Shown here one piece after another: positions 40,474 to 50,504 of a DNA stretch of 64,000 bases. The notes under the pieces are model-generated. The model did no database searches and had not been told where the DNA came from. It saw nothing but the letters and a program-made list of their open reading frames with translations. Numbering within the stretch: position 1 is the first letter of the stretch; each line of letters opens with the position of its first letter. The position numbers and the translations under genes were made by a program. This DNA comes from Verrucomicrobiota bacterium (GTDB lineage Bacteria; Verrucomicrobiota; Verrucomicrobiia; Limisphaerales; Palsa-1400): assembly GCA_049513975.1 (NCBI GenBank), contig JBEKVM010000029.1, positions 12,783-76,782 on the forward strand. The letters are read 5' to 3'.

Positions 40474-40494
40474 AAAAAACTTAGAGGAAGCCTT

Positions 40495-43266
40495 ATGCGA
40501 ACCATGACCCTGATCGAAGGCGCGATGTCCCTGCTATTTGCCGCCACGGCACTGGCCGGGCCACACTGGACCGAACGCTACAACGTCGTCTGGACCACCC
40601 CGAGCAAGGATGCGGCCGGTTCGATGCCGCTGGGCAACGGCGAGGCCGGCATCAATCTGTGGGTGGAGGAGAACGGGGATCTGCTGTTCTACATCGGCCG
40701 AAGCGACTCGTTGAGCGAGATCTCCCGGCTTCTGAAAGTCGGGCAGGTGCGCGTGTCGCTGTCCCCCAATCCGTTTGTCACGGGCGCCCCGTTCCGCCAG
40801 GAGTTGAAACTGAGCGATGGCGTGTGCGAAATCACCGCCGGCGAGGGCGGGAAGAAGGTGACGCTGCGGGTCTTCGTGGGCAGCGATCGTCCGGTGGTGC
40901 ATGTGACGGGGCAGTCCGCCTCGCCGCTGACCGTGAAGGCAAGGGCTGAGTGCTGGCGCACGCAGCGCCGCGCGCTGCCCAAGGGAGACGAACAAGGTTC
41001 GGCCTGGACCCTGCGGGATGCGCCATTCGAACTTTATGAATCGGCGGATGTTTTCCCAGCCGGATTGGAAGGGGCGGCGGCCTGGTATCACCGCAACGAG
41101 GAATCCGTCGCTTTTCCATCCACCATCAAACACCAGTCGCTGGAGTCCGTGGCGGACCAGGCTCACGATCCGTTGTGGCATCGCACCTTCGGCGGGTGGC
41201 TGACCGGGGCGGAATTCAAGCCGGTGGATGGACACTCGATCCAGACCATTGCACCCGGCAGGTCGTTTGCGCTGCGCGTAGCGGCGCCGTGCGGCCAGAC
41301 GCCGACAGCGCAGGCCTGGATGGATGAGGCGAAACAACTCGCAGCCGAGGCTGCGGACGCCCCCGCCGCCCTGGGCCGCACCACGGCTTGGTGGCGGGAA
41401 TTCTGGGACCGCTCCTGGGTCATTACCGATGCCGGGATGGGAGGGCGGGTTGGCGGGGAACAGCATCCGCTGCGCATCGGCTACGACTCCAATAAACAGA
41501 ACCCGTTCCCCGGCGCCATCGGTCGCACGGCGGTCTTCAGCCGGCCACTCCCGCCGGAGGAAATCGCCCGGCTGGCCGCCGCCGCTCGTGACCAGACCAC
41601 TCCGATACAGGATGGTCTGCTGGCCGCCGGCGATGGAACTCCGCGCGAAATCCCCAAGGACAAATTGAACTTCAAACGCGGCTTCAGTCTGGAAGCCTGG
41701 ATCAAACTTGATCGGACTGAACCGGGCCGCATATTTGACAAGATAACCGCCGGCGGTTCGGATGGATTCCTTTTCGATACGCATCCCGGCGATACGCTGC
41801 GCCTGATCGTCGGCAGCAAAGTTCTGAGCGCTCCTCCCCGCACGATCCAAGCGGACGGCTGGCATCATGTGGCGGCCACCTTCGACAGCGGCACCGGCGC
41901 GGCAAGTATATATCTGGACGGGAAACTCCTGGCCGGGCAATCCGGGGATGACGTTTCCCCCATTGCGCGGGGCTACACCCTGCAACGCTACATGCAGGCC
42001 TGCGGCGGCCGCGGCGCCTATCCCATCAAGTTCAACGGCGGCATCTTCACGGTTGAACCCGAAGCCGTGGGCCGGCCGTACAACCCTGATTGGCGCGCCT
42101 GGGGCGACCCCCACTGGTTCCAGAACGTCCGCCACATGTATCACCCGATGCTGGCCGGCGGTGATTTCGAGATGATGGGCCCCTTCTTCCGAATGTACGA
42201 AACCGCCCGCCCCTTGTGCGAGGCGCGGGCCAGGCTCTATTACGGCGCGGAAGGCTGTTACTTTCCCGAAACCATGACGGTTTGGGGCGCCTATGCCAAC
42301 GGCGACTATGGCTGGCAGCGCGGCGATCATCCGCCCGGGGACATCCTGTGCAACTACTGGCGCTACGCCTGGAACCAGGGGCCGGAACTGGTCAGCCTGA
42401 TGCTCGACTACTGGGACTACACCCGCGATGAAGCCTTCCTGAGGCAGCAGGCTTTGCCGATGGCCGTTGCCGTGCTGAAGTACTTCGATACGCGCTTCAA
42501 GAAAGATGAAAAGGGCACGATTATTCTGGACCCCACCCAGTCGGTGGAAACCTTTTGGTGGGAGGTGGTCAACGACATGCCGAGCGTGGCGGGATTGAAC
42601 GACATCACGGCGCGGCTGAGCGCATTGCCGGAAAGACTGACCGCGGCGCCAGAGCGTGAGTTCTTCGCGAAGATGAAAGCGGCCTGCCCCGCGGTGCCGG
42701 TGGAGCAGGGCCGTCTGGCTCCCGCGCAGCAATACAAGGACCAGCGCAGCAACTGTGAGAATCCCGAACTCTACGCGGTTTGGCCCTTCCGGCTTTACGG
42801 CTTGGGCAAGCCGGGATTGGAAGAAGCCCGCGCCGCCTACGCCCACCGTGCCAACCACTTGGATGCGGGCTGGGGCTACGACGGCAACTGCGCCGCGTTA
42901 TTGGGCTTGACGGGGGAGGCCGCCCGCATTCTCCGGGTCAAATGCGCCAACTCCAACCCGGCCTACCGCTGGCCCGCCACCTGGGGACCGAATTTCGATT
43001 GGCTGCCCGATCAAAACCACGGGGGCAACCTGCTGAATACCACCCAGCTTATGCTGCTGCAAAGCCAGGGCGGCAAGCTCCGCCTGCTCCCCGCCTGGCC
43101 GAAGGATTGGGACGTGAGCTTCAAGTTGCACGCGCCCTGCAACACGACCGTCGAATGTGTGTATCGCGGTGGCAAGGTGGAGAAACTCACGGTGACGCCG
43201 TCCGCACGGGCGTCGGATGTCATACAGCCTGACAGCGAGACCGCAGAGGAGAGGGGGCAGCCATGA
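40495..43266 (+). CDS. Secreted LamG-domain-containing glycoside-hydrolase-like protein (DUF5703/GH95-like architecture suspected)
   Basis: Signal peptide. LamG-like block (FSLEAWIKLD...WHHVAATFDSGTGAASIYLDGKL). Large C-terminal alpha/alpha-toroid-like region. Confidence 0.65.
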   Translation: MRTMTLIEGAMSLLFAATALAGPHWTERYNVVWTTPSKDAAGSMPLGNGEAGINLWVEENGDLLFYIGRSDSLSEISRLLKVGQVRVSLSPNPFVTGAPFRQELKLSDGVCEITAGEGGKKVTLRVFVGSDRPVVHVTGQSASPLTVKARAECWRTQRRALPKGDEQGSAWTLRDAPFELYESADVFPAGLEGAAAWYHRNEESVAFPSTIKHQSLESVADQAHDPLWHRTFGGWLTGAEFKPVDGHSIQTIAPGRSFALRVAAPCGQTPTAQAWMDEAKQLAAEAADAPAALGRTTAWWREFWDRSWVITDAGMGGRVGGEQHPLRIGYDSNKQNPFPGAIGRTAVFSRPLPPEEIARLAAAARDQTTPIQDGLLAAGDGTPREIPKDKLNFKRGFSLEAWIKLDRTEPGRIFDKITAGGSDGFLFDTHPGDTLRLIVGSKVLSAPPRTIQADGWHHVAATFDSGTGAASIYLDGKLLAGQSGDDVSPIARGYTLQRYMQACGGRGAYPIKFNGGIFTVEPEAVGRPYNPDWRAWGDPHWFQNVRHMYHPMLAGGDFEMMGPFFRMYETARPLCEARARLYYGAEGCYFPETMTVWGAYANGDYGWQRGDHPPGDILCNYWRYAWNQGPELVSLMLDYWDYTRDEAFLRQQALPMAVAVLKYFDTRFKKDEKGTIILDPTQSVETFWWEVVNDMPSVAGLNDITARLSALPERLTAAPEREFFAKMKAACPAVPVEQGRLAPAQQYKDQRSNCENPELYAVWPFRLYGLGKPGLEEARAAYAHRANHLDAGWGYDGNCAALLGLTGEAARILRVKCANSNPAYRWPATWGPNFDWLPDQNHGGNLLNTTQLMLLQSQGGKLRLLPAWPKDWDVSFKLHAPCNTTVECVYRGGKVEKLTVTPSARASDVIQPDSETAEERGQP

Positions 43267-43373
43267 GTCAAGCAGAGGGAAATGGTTTGTTCGTTTTTTG
43301 TTTGGAAAGCGAGCTGGGGATTGCCGGCAGAGGGCCGGCAACCGGGCGGCATACCCACCCCTTTGGGGGTCTG

Positions 43374-43468
43374 GACCCGTTAACCCGTTAGGACCGTTGT
43401 CAATGAAGGACTTACATGAGGTCCGACCCGTTAGGTGACCCGTTAGAACCCGTTAGGAACCCGTTAGG
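43374..43468. repeat. Seven dispersed/tandem copies of CCGTTAR (iteron-like)
   Basis: GGACCCGTTAACCCGTTAGGACCGTT...GACCCGTTAGGTGACCCGTTAGAACCCGTTAGGAACCCGTTAGGGG. Confidence 0.8.
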
Positions 43469-43506
43469 GGCAAATGCAAAATTATAAATTATGAATTATA
43501 AATGAA

Positions 43507-43680
43507 GACGGTCGGGAAATGCGGAATGCAAAATGAAGAAGGGGGGCAGGATTAAGATAAGGATTATGATTAGGATACTGAGGATTTGGCTTGGTTCCAA
43601 AAACGGGTCGGCAGACTGGCAGGCGGGGGAAATGCAAAGTGCTGAATGCAGAATGAAGAATGAAGAAGGGGGCCGGCGGG
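43507..43680. repeat. Mixed heptad repeats (GAATGCA and GATTAGG families), same orientation
   Basis: GAAATGCGGAATGCAAAATGAAGAAG; GATTAAGATAAGGATTATGATTAGGATACTGAGGATT; AAATGCAAAGTGCTGAATGCAGAATGAAGAATGAAGAAG. Confidence 0.8.
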
Positions 43681-43891
43681 TGTGGAACGGAAACGTGGTT
43701 TTGATCTCGCCGTCTTTTGTGCAAACTGAGCGGGCTTTAACCGCGGATTTCGCGGATTTCACGGATAAGATTTGGGCAACCGCGCCGTCGCGCCGTTCCA
43801 ATCCGGGCTGAACCATCCGGCTAGGCATGTCAAGAATAAATGTGGCATCGTTAGGAACCGACCACTTTACCACTTTACGACCACTTTAGCT

Positions 43892-46800
43892 TTACGGCCT
43901 GCGGGCCGACTGGCGGGCGATTTCTTCGGCGAGCTTTTGTGGCTCGTGGCAGACGAGGAAATCCCATTGGCCGAGACGGCCCCAGTGGTTCACGGCGGAC
44001 AGCCAGCGGCGCGCGGCCTGGTGCTTGGCCTCCGTGTCCTCGTGGCTCTGGCCTTTTATTTCCAGAATGAGGGTGACGCCGCTGGCGAGTTTGACGAGGA
44101 AATCCGGCTCGTAAACGTGCGGGTTGCCGTACAGTTCATACGGGATGTTGAACTCGAGGCGGTCATTGCGGGCGTAGCAGGTGACAATTCCTTCTTTGGC
44201 GAGTTTTTCGAGCTGGAATACGGCGGCTTGTTCCCATGAATTGGTGTCGCACGCCACAAGATTTAAATGGCTTGCCTCGGTTATGAGGACCGGCTTGACG
44301 GTTTTGAAGTGGACGCTTTCGGTGCTGCCGATGGGCTTGTACCGGTTCAGCCTTGGCAAAAGGGGCGTCTCTCCCTTGGCGTCGTCGGGTGTGATGGCCG
44401 CAACCAAAAGTGAAACGATGCGCTGGGCGTAGGTTTGCAGGCCGATCTCGCATGGGTGGCAGCCGCAAAACTCCACTCTGGTGCCGATGTAATCCTGCAC
44501 AATCTTGAGGACCTGGGGAAATAATGTGACGCGGCTCTGGCGTTTCAAGCTTTCCTTCCCGGCATGGGCGGTCTCGGTCAGTTCCCGCACGATTTCCCGC
44601 GCGATTTCAAACGCGATGGTCTGCGGGTGAACCGAGGCATAATACTCGTGCCGGTTCACTTCCGTGAATCCGAAGCCGCCGTGCGCGCTCGGGTGTCCAA
44701 TTTGGTAGCCAACTTGCGGGCGGACAAAGGCGGCGGTCGGGGTGTTCCATGGGTCAAGCCCTGTGCGCTCGACCTGGCGGACGTCGCATTGAATCAGGTT
44801 CCGCTTTAGGTCCACCACGTAGCCTTCCACTATCGGGAAGCGGATTTCAAATTGTTTCCGGGCTGGCAGTGCCATGATTTCGTGTTTGGGGCGGTCTTCG
44901 GGCGGCGGGCCTCCGCCTGGTTCCCGGCCCTTGAACGGGATGAGCGAAAACGGCACGCCGAAAATGTCAACGTATTCGGCGGTGAGCAGACCGGTTTGGG
45001 GGTCGGGCGTGTAATCCATCCGGCGCAATCCCCGGCCAACAACCTGCTCGCAGAGGAGCTGGCTGTGAAAGGCGCGCAAGCCGAGGATCTGGGTCACGTT
45101 GTCGGCATCCCATCCTTCGCTCAGCATGTTAACGCTGACAACGCAGCGGATGCGCTCGCCGGGTTCCCCTACCTTTCCGACCGTGGAAACGATTTTTCGC
45201 AATTCTTCCGCCGCCTCTTTTCTGGTCGCTTTGGGGTCTTCGTTCTCGGCGGCCCTGAGGAGTTCTGAATCAATGCGGAGCGTGACCTCGGCGCCCTTTT
45301 GATTCCAAAGTTGCGGGAAACCATTGAGCCCGCTGCTGTAGGCTTTCTGCGGCTTGGCTATTTTCTTTCGCTTTGGGGAATCCTCATCCTCCTCTTCATC
45401 CGGGGAGTCGGCTGCAATCGTTTCCTCGCCGGAAATCATGCGGTGGAAGTGCTCGGCGATGTCCGTGTTATCGCAGACAATGATCATGACGGGCGGCTTG
45501 CGTTCCTGGCCGGGTGTTGCTTTCTGCATAACGTCGTATCGCTGTTTCCATTCGCCGGTGAGCGTGAGCAATGCGTCCTCGGCTTTGCGATAAACGACTT
45601 CGGGTTTGACTTTTCCTCCCGTGAATTTTTCGCCCGCTTTGAGGTCGCGGGTGATGTGCTCCCACAATTTGAAATACTTGGGGTCCGGCCGGCCGGTGTT
45701 GTCGATGGCCGGCAGGCGCGGAATTTTGGTGATGCCGCTTTCGATGGCGTCAACCAAGCTGAAATCGCTGACAATCCACGGGAAGGGCGAGCCTTCGGGG
45801 TAGCCGCTGCCGTGGATATAAAAGGGGGTGGCGGACATATCCACACAGAGGGCAATGCCGCACGCCGAATTGATCTTGTCCAGTCCCGATACCCACACCG
45901 TCGCGTCTTCTCTTTCCTTTTTTTCCTCTGGCGTGAGTTTTTCATCTTCGCCGACTGGCGCGGGCCGATAGGCGTGGTGGCCTTCATCGTTCAAGACCAT
46001 CAATGGCTCGGTTTCCCAAAGATCGCCAAGCCGATTTTGGGCAAAGGCTTCGGGCGTTTCTGGTCCGAGTTTTCCGACTGTGGCGCTGCCGACTTTGATG
46101 ACTTCGGACTCCGGCCCCAACCAGTGCCAGTTTGTCACCAAGACTTTCCCCTTGGCCAGTTCGCCGCGCAAGGTGGTGGGAACCAGATCGAATTGTTCGT
46201 AATAATTATCCACGTCGCCCGGGTACAGCACGGCAAGGCGTTCCTTGATCGTGAGATTTGGACACAGAACCAGGGCACGGCGGGGAAAGCGGGGATCGCC
46301 TGGCTTAGTGCCGCGGTTGCAGAAAGCCCATGAAATGAGCATCGCCATGAGAACGGTTTTGCCGCTTCCGGTGGCCATTTTGCAGGCGAAGCGCGGAATG
46401 GATTTTAGTCCTTGCTCGTTCGGGATGTCCGCCAGCTTGGGATGCTGCGCGATTTTCGTTATCCATTCGTGCGGGCGGGGATTCTGGCCTTGGCAAAGAG
46501 CGCGGTATTCCTCCGGGGCGAGCTTGGGCGTCCAGCGCGGTTTTTTGCCCTGGGCGAGAATTTCCCGCAAGTAGATGATCGTCTCAGCGGCTTCGATCTG
46601 GCAAAAAAACAGCCTTCGCGCTCTGTCTTGGCGCCACCAATGGCGAAGCAGTTGCTTCGTTGTTTCCGATCCGTTTTCCCAGCCTGATTCGCGCCAGCGT
46701 TTTACGTCTTCACGCAAGGCGTTCACCAGCGGCAGGTCGTCGCGTTCCTCCTCTGCGAGCAGGGACATTTGGGCGCTGCCGGTGCGTTCGCTTTTGAACC

Positions 46801-46945
46801 AATAACTTGCTGGCCGGCGATTGGGTGTTTTGCTGGGGATGCCGGTCTGCGTGTCGTAGAGCCAGTGGTGCTCCGGCTCGGTGTAGGGCGAGCAGAGAAT
46901 GGGATTCTCGACCGGCTGAATCGGGATTTGTTCTTCTTTGCTCAT
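43892..46945 (-). CDS. Type III restriction enzyme, Res subunit
   Basis: SF2 helicase motifs (MATGSGKT, VLNDEGHH, SEGWDA) plus a C-terminal nuclease region. 4-nt overlap with mod. Confidence 0.85.
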   Translation of the reverse strand: MSKEEQIPIQPVENPILCSPYTEPEHHWLYDTQTGIPSKTPNRRPASYWFKSERTGSAQMSLLAEEERDDLPLVNALREDVKRWRESGWENGSETTKQLLRHWWRQDRARRLFFCQIEAAETIIYLREILAQGKKPRWTPKLAPEEYRALCQGQNPRPHEWITKIAQHPKLADIPNEQGLKSIPRFACKMATGSGKTVLMAMLISWAFCNRGTKPGDPRFPRRALVLCPNLTIKERLAVLYPGDVDNYYEQFDLVPTTLRGELAKGKVLVTNWHWLGPESEVIKVGSATVGKLGPETPEAFAQNRLGDLWETEPLMVLNDEGHHAYRPAPVGEDEKLTPEEKKEREDATVWVSGLDKINSACGIALCVDMSATPFYIHGSGYPEGSPFPWIVSDFSLVDAIESGITKIPRLPAIDNTGRPDPKYFKLWEHITRDLKAGEKFTGGKVKPEVVYRKAEDALLTLTGEWKQRYDVMQKATPGQERKPPVMIIVCDNTDIAEHFHRMISGEETIAADSPDEEEDEDSPKRKKIAKPQKAYSSGLNGFPQLWNQKGAEVTLRIDSELLRAAENEDPKATRKEAAEELRKIVSTVGKVGEPGERIRCVVSVNMLSEGWDADNVTQILGLRAFHSQLLCEQVVGRGLRRMDYTPDPQTGLLTAEYVDIFGVPFSLIPFKGREPGGGPPPEDRPKHEIMALPARKQFEIRFPIVEGYVVDLKRNLIQCDVRQVERTGLDPWNTPTAAFVRPQVGYQIGHPSAHGGFGFTEVNRHEYYASVHPQTIAFEIAREIVRELTETAHAGKESLKRQSRVTLFPQVLKIVQDYIGTRVEFCGCHPCEIGLQTYAQRIVSLLVAAITPDDAKGETPLLPRLNRYKPIGSTESVHFKTVKPVLITEASHLNLVACDTNSWEQAAVFQLEKLAKEGIVTCYARNDRLEFNIPYELYGNPHVYEPDFLVKLASGVTLILEIKGQSHEDTEAKHQAARRWLSAVNHWGRLGQWDFLVCHEPQKLAEEIARQSARRP

Positions 46946-49900
46946 GGCAGCTCCATGACGCGCATTCCTTCGTTGCCGCGCGGGTCAATGACCTTGACTG
47001 CCACACGCCATTTCTCGCCCTTCTTTAGCCGGGGTGGTCGCGGAAAGGGCAGGCTCTCCAGGCCGCTCAATGCGGAAAACGCGTCTTCCTCAATTATGCC
47101 CCGGTCGCCCAGCGCCCTGGCCAGCTTGTCCCATTTGGTCTTGTCCGGGAAAAATGCCTGGCAAATGCAGAACGTCCGTCCGTCGTAATCGCTGTCCAGC
47201 CACCATGCGGCGATGCGTTCCTTGTTGGTCGGGAAAAGAGTATTGGTGACCGGGTCATAGACATCCATGCCCTCAACTTCGATGGTGTATGTGCCGTCCG
47301 ATTGTTTTGCCGGGCCTTTGATGCGCGGGGCGCTGAAAACGGTGAAAAGCTGGCTGCCGGGCTGGGTTTTTAGCAAGTCGCCCATCGCCACATCGGGGCG
47401 AATGAGCGCCATGTGCAATCGCAATTTCGGGTGGCTGCCGCCTGCAATGGCGTCCTGGGCGGCTGCGTCGAAGCCAAAGGCGGCAAATACAACGTCGTCA
47501 TAGGCTTTGCGGTTTGCATCGCGAATAACGTCCTCCACTTGGTAGGCGGTGAGGTTGCCGACGTCGGGGCCGATGGTTACTGCGACGTGGCGTTGTCTCT
47601 GGTCGCCGTTGGCCCATTCGCCCTCGGCATGGATGAGAGAGGCGCCGGTGATTGGTTCAAGGCGGCCGAATTTCATGTTTTTGTTTCCGGGGAAATCCAC
47701 GCCGCTGGCTTTCAGGAGACGGATGACTTTATCAAGGTGGGCCTCCACGTTCTGAACCTCGGCGGCGGATGTGGGCTGGCTCGCGTCGGCGGTGGGAATG
47801 AACGTTTCCAGCGGCTCCGGTGCGCCGCCGATGGGTGTCTCTAGCCCTTCTTCCACGGCGATGACACCTTCCACGGTGAATGGGCCGCTGACGCGGACAA
47901 TGCCCGGCACTTCTTCCGGTTTGTCCACGAGTTCTTCCATCTCGGCGTTGGCTGCAATGCACTGATTGACCTCGTCCATTTTTGAACGCCAGGCTTGGCG
48001 GTATTGCTTCAAGGCTTCCTGCAATGGTTTGGGCCAGTCGGGATCGGTGTCGAACGGGACTTCCCACTCCTGCCATTGCTGTTGGCGAGTTGGGGATTGT
48101 GGATTGCCGGGAAGCAACCAACGGCGGCGGTCGGCTTCGGTGATACTTTTCTTTCCCTCTTCCCGTTCCTTCCGCTTGAGTTTTTCGGCCACGAGGGCCG
48201 ATTGCTCAGGCGTCACTTGCTTGAGAGCGGCGTTCAGTTCCTGGAGGCGCTGGGCGAGAATTGGCCCGTGTTTGGCGAAGATGGGGTCCAGCGATGTGTT
48301 GCGGGCGATGCTTTTGAGTGTAACGTGTGGCAGGGTTGTACAGGAAAAAGTTTTCGGTTGATCTCCTGCGTTTTTCAGCCAGGTGCCTTTCGGGTTGCGG
48401 GTCAGGTCCTCGGCGCTCAGTTCGCGCAGTTTGAAATAGGGGAAGCGGGCCGTGAGAAGCCGTTGCTTGGCCAATGCTAGTGCGACACGGCTTGTGTCGA
48501 GTGTAATCCATCGGCGTCCCCATTGCTCGGCCACATAAGCCGTGGTCCCGCTGCCGCATGTTGGGTCTAACACCAAATCCCCGGGATCTGTCGTCATTAG
48601 GAGACAGCGCTGAACCACTTTGGTTGTGGTTTGAACCACGTATATCTTGTCTTGCTCGGCGGTCCCCATTGTGTCAGCCCATAAGTTTCCGAGGACGCTC
48701 GCGGAAAAGTCGTGGAAATACTTCTTGAAGTTCGCGAATTCGCGCGTCTTAAGAAGTCGCTCGGCATTCTTCAACCGCTGCATCCCTGTGGCGTTCGTTT
48801 TCCAGCCGCCCTTCTTGGGGCGTCTTACTTGCTCACCGTCAAGTCCAAAGTCGAACGTAGTGGATTCGCTTGCTGTTTCTGATGTCAGGGGATCGCCCCT
48901 CCATGCGCGGGCGTTTTTCGGGACACTCTCGGGGTCTTCGCGCTCTTCGTCTAAAATCGGACGGGACCATCCTTCGGGAAGCTCGATGCGCGCGAATCTC
49001 GCTCCGGCACCCTCCCGGAGGTCCTTCGTGACGTAAAGGGGATTGTATTTCATTCCATCGAAGTCGCGGGAGTACCAGAGGAGATAATCGGAGACGTTGT
49101 CGAGTCTCGCCTCGCCCATGCCGCCAGTCTTTTTAACCGTGATGAGGGAGATGAAGTTGTCGGCGCGGAAGACCTCATCCATGAGGCAGCGCACGCGGTG
49201 GATGTTCTCGTCGCTGATTTGAACGAAAATTGATCCTGTGTTGGCAAGTAATTCTTTTGCCATCGCCAAGCGGTCGCGGAGATAAGCCAGATAGGAATGG
49301 ATTCCAAGCGTCCAAGTATCGCGGTAGGCTTTGACCATTTCCGGCTCGCGCGTCAGGTCTTGCTCGCGGTCTTTCACGTCGCGCTGCCCGAGCTGCGGCT
49401 GGAAATTGGAACTGAATTTGATTCCGTAGGGCGGATCGAAATAGATCATCTGCACCTTGCCGGCCAGGTCTTCGCGGCGGGCCAGGCTCGCCATGACTTG
49501 CAGGGAGTCGCCCAAAATGAGCCGGTTGGACCAATCCACGTCGTATTTGTAAAACTGGACGGCCTCGGCGTAGGATTGCTGCGGGTCGGCAAAAAGTTCG
49601 CGCTGCACGTCCTGCCTGGCCAGCACGCGCAAGATGGCTTGGGTGGAAACGCGCTCGTGGATGTGAAGGGCGACCGGTTCGACTTCAAACCACGGCTTTT
49701 CGCGTTTGCCGGACCATTCAAGCCAAGGCTCGTGGTTGCGGAGAGCGGCAGCAAGGGTGCGGGCTTCGTCCTCCGTCAATGCCCGTTTGCGCGAAGTTTG
49801 GAGAAGTTCGGGCAGGCGGTCAGTTTCCGTCGCGTCCGTGGCGGAGCGGAGCGTAGGTGGCAAGTGCGGATTGTACTCGTACCTGAGCTTGGGCGCTTCT

Positions 49901-50016
49901 TGCAGGATGCCCTGGGACTCAAGCCCGGCCGGCGGGATGTTCTTCCGTTTGGTTGGGTATTTGTACGACGCGACATCCCCGCTGGCGGCGGGCGGCCCGA
50001 CATTTTTGCGCGGCAT
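46942..50016 (-). CDS. Type III DNA methyltransferase, Mod subunit (long form)
   Basis: IYFDPPYGIKF catalytic motif and DPTCGSGTTA SAM motif. About 400-aa C-terminal extension. Confidence 0.85.
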   Translation of the reverse strand: MPRKNVGPPAASGDVASYKYPTKRKNIPPAGLESQGILQEAPKLRYEYNPHLPPTLRSATDATETDRLPELLQTSRKRALTEDEARTLAAALRNHEPWLEWSGKREKPWFEVEPVALHIHERVSTQAILRVLARQDVQRELFADPQQSYAEAVQFYKYDVDWSNRLILGDSLQVMASLARREDLAGKVQMIYFDPPYGIKFSSNFQPQLGQRDVKDREQDLTREPEMVKAYRDTWTLGIHSYLAYLRDRLAMAKELLANTGSIFVQISDENIHRVRCLMDEVFRADNFISLITVKKTGGMGEARLDNVSDYLLWYSRDFDGMKYNPLYVTKDLREGAGARFARIELPEGWSRPILDEEREDPESVPKNARAWRGDPLTSETASESTTFDFGLDGEQVRRPKKGGWKTNATGMQRLKNAERLLKTREFANFKKYFHDFSASVLGNLWADTMGTAEQDKIYVVQTTTKVVQRCLLMTTDPGDLVLDPTCGSGTTAYVAEQWGRRWITLDTSRVALALAKQRLLTARFPYFKLRELSAEDLTRNPKGTWLKNAGDQPKTFSCTTLPHVTLKSIARNTSLDPIFAKHGPILAQRLQELNAALKQVTPEQSALVAEKLKRKEREEGKKSITEADRRRWLLPGNPQSPTRQQQWQEWEVPFDTDPDWPKPLQEALKQYRQAWRSKMDEVNQCIAANAEMEELVDKPEEVPGIVRVSGPFTVEGVIAVEEGLETPIGGAPEPLETFIPTADASQPTSAAEVQNVEAHLDKVIRLLKASGVDFPGNKNMKFGRLEPITGASLIHAEGEWANGDQRQRHVAVTIGPDVGNLTAYQVEDVIRDANRKAYDDVVFAAFGFDAAAQDAIAGGSHPKLRLHMALIRPDVAMGDLLKTQPGSQLFTVFSAPRIKGPAKQSDGTYTIEVEGMDVYDPVTNTLFPTNKERIAAWWLDSDYDGRTFCICQAFFPDKTKWDKLARALGDRGIIEEDAFSALSGLESLPFPRPPRLKKGEKWRVAVKVIDPRGNEGMRVMELP

Positions 50017-50504
50017 GGTTCAGCCTTGGTTTTGGCAGCCCGGGCCGTTGTCGGGATGGCTTGCGTTCTGTGAAAGGGATTCCGTGCCGAAAAATGAAGG
50101 GGCGTGACCTACACACGCTCCTTCACAGGCACGGAGATGCCCTTTACGGAACGCTTTCGGGCACGCCCGAGTGGGCATGCCTTCGAGCGCCGTCCGTAAA
50201 GTCGAAATTCTCCGTTTCGTGAAGGACAGCAGCCGAAGCTACGCGAATTGATTCTTGTTAAAAATTCTGGTCGTTTTTGCTCTTGTCTGAAAACGCGAGA
50301 CTATGCCGTGAGCTTCCGCGATGCAATCACTGAGTTTTCGCCGCGCTCATTTTCAGCGGAGGCAAGTCGGCTTCGGGCGATTTGGGCAATCGCTGGCATG
50401 TCGGCTGTGGTGCGATGGGTGTTTGGGCGCAACACGGGCGATTTGCCAACGCGACCGCGGAGTCCGTCACCGCCCTGCCCACTCATGACTGACGGATCAT
50501 AAAC

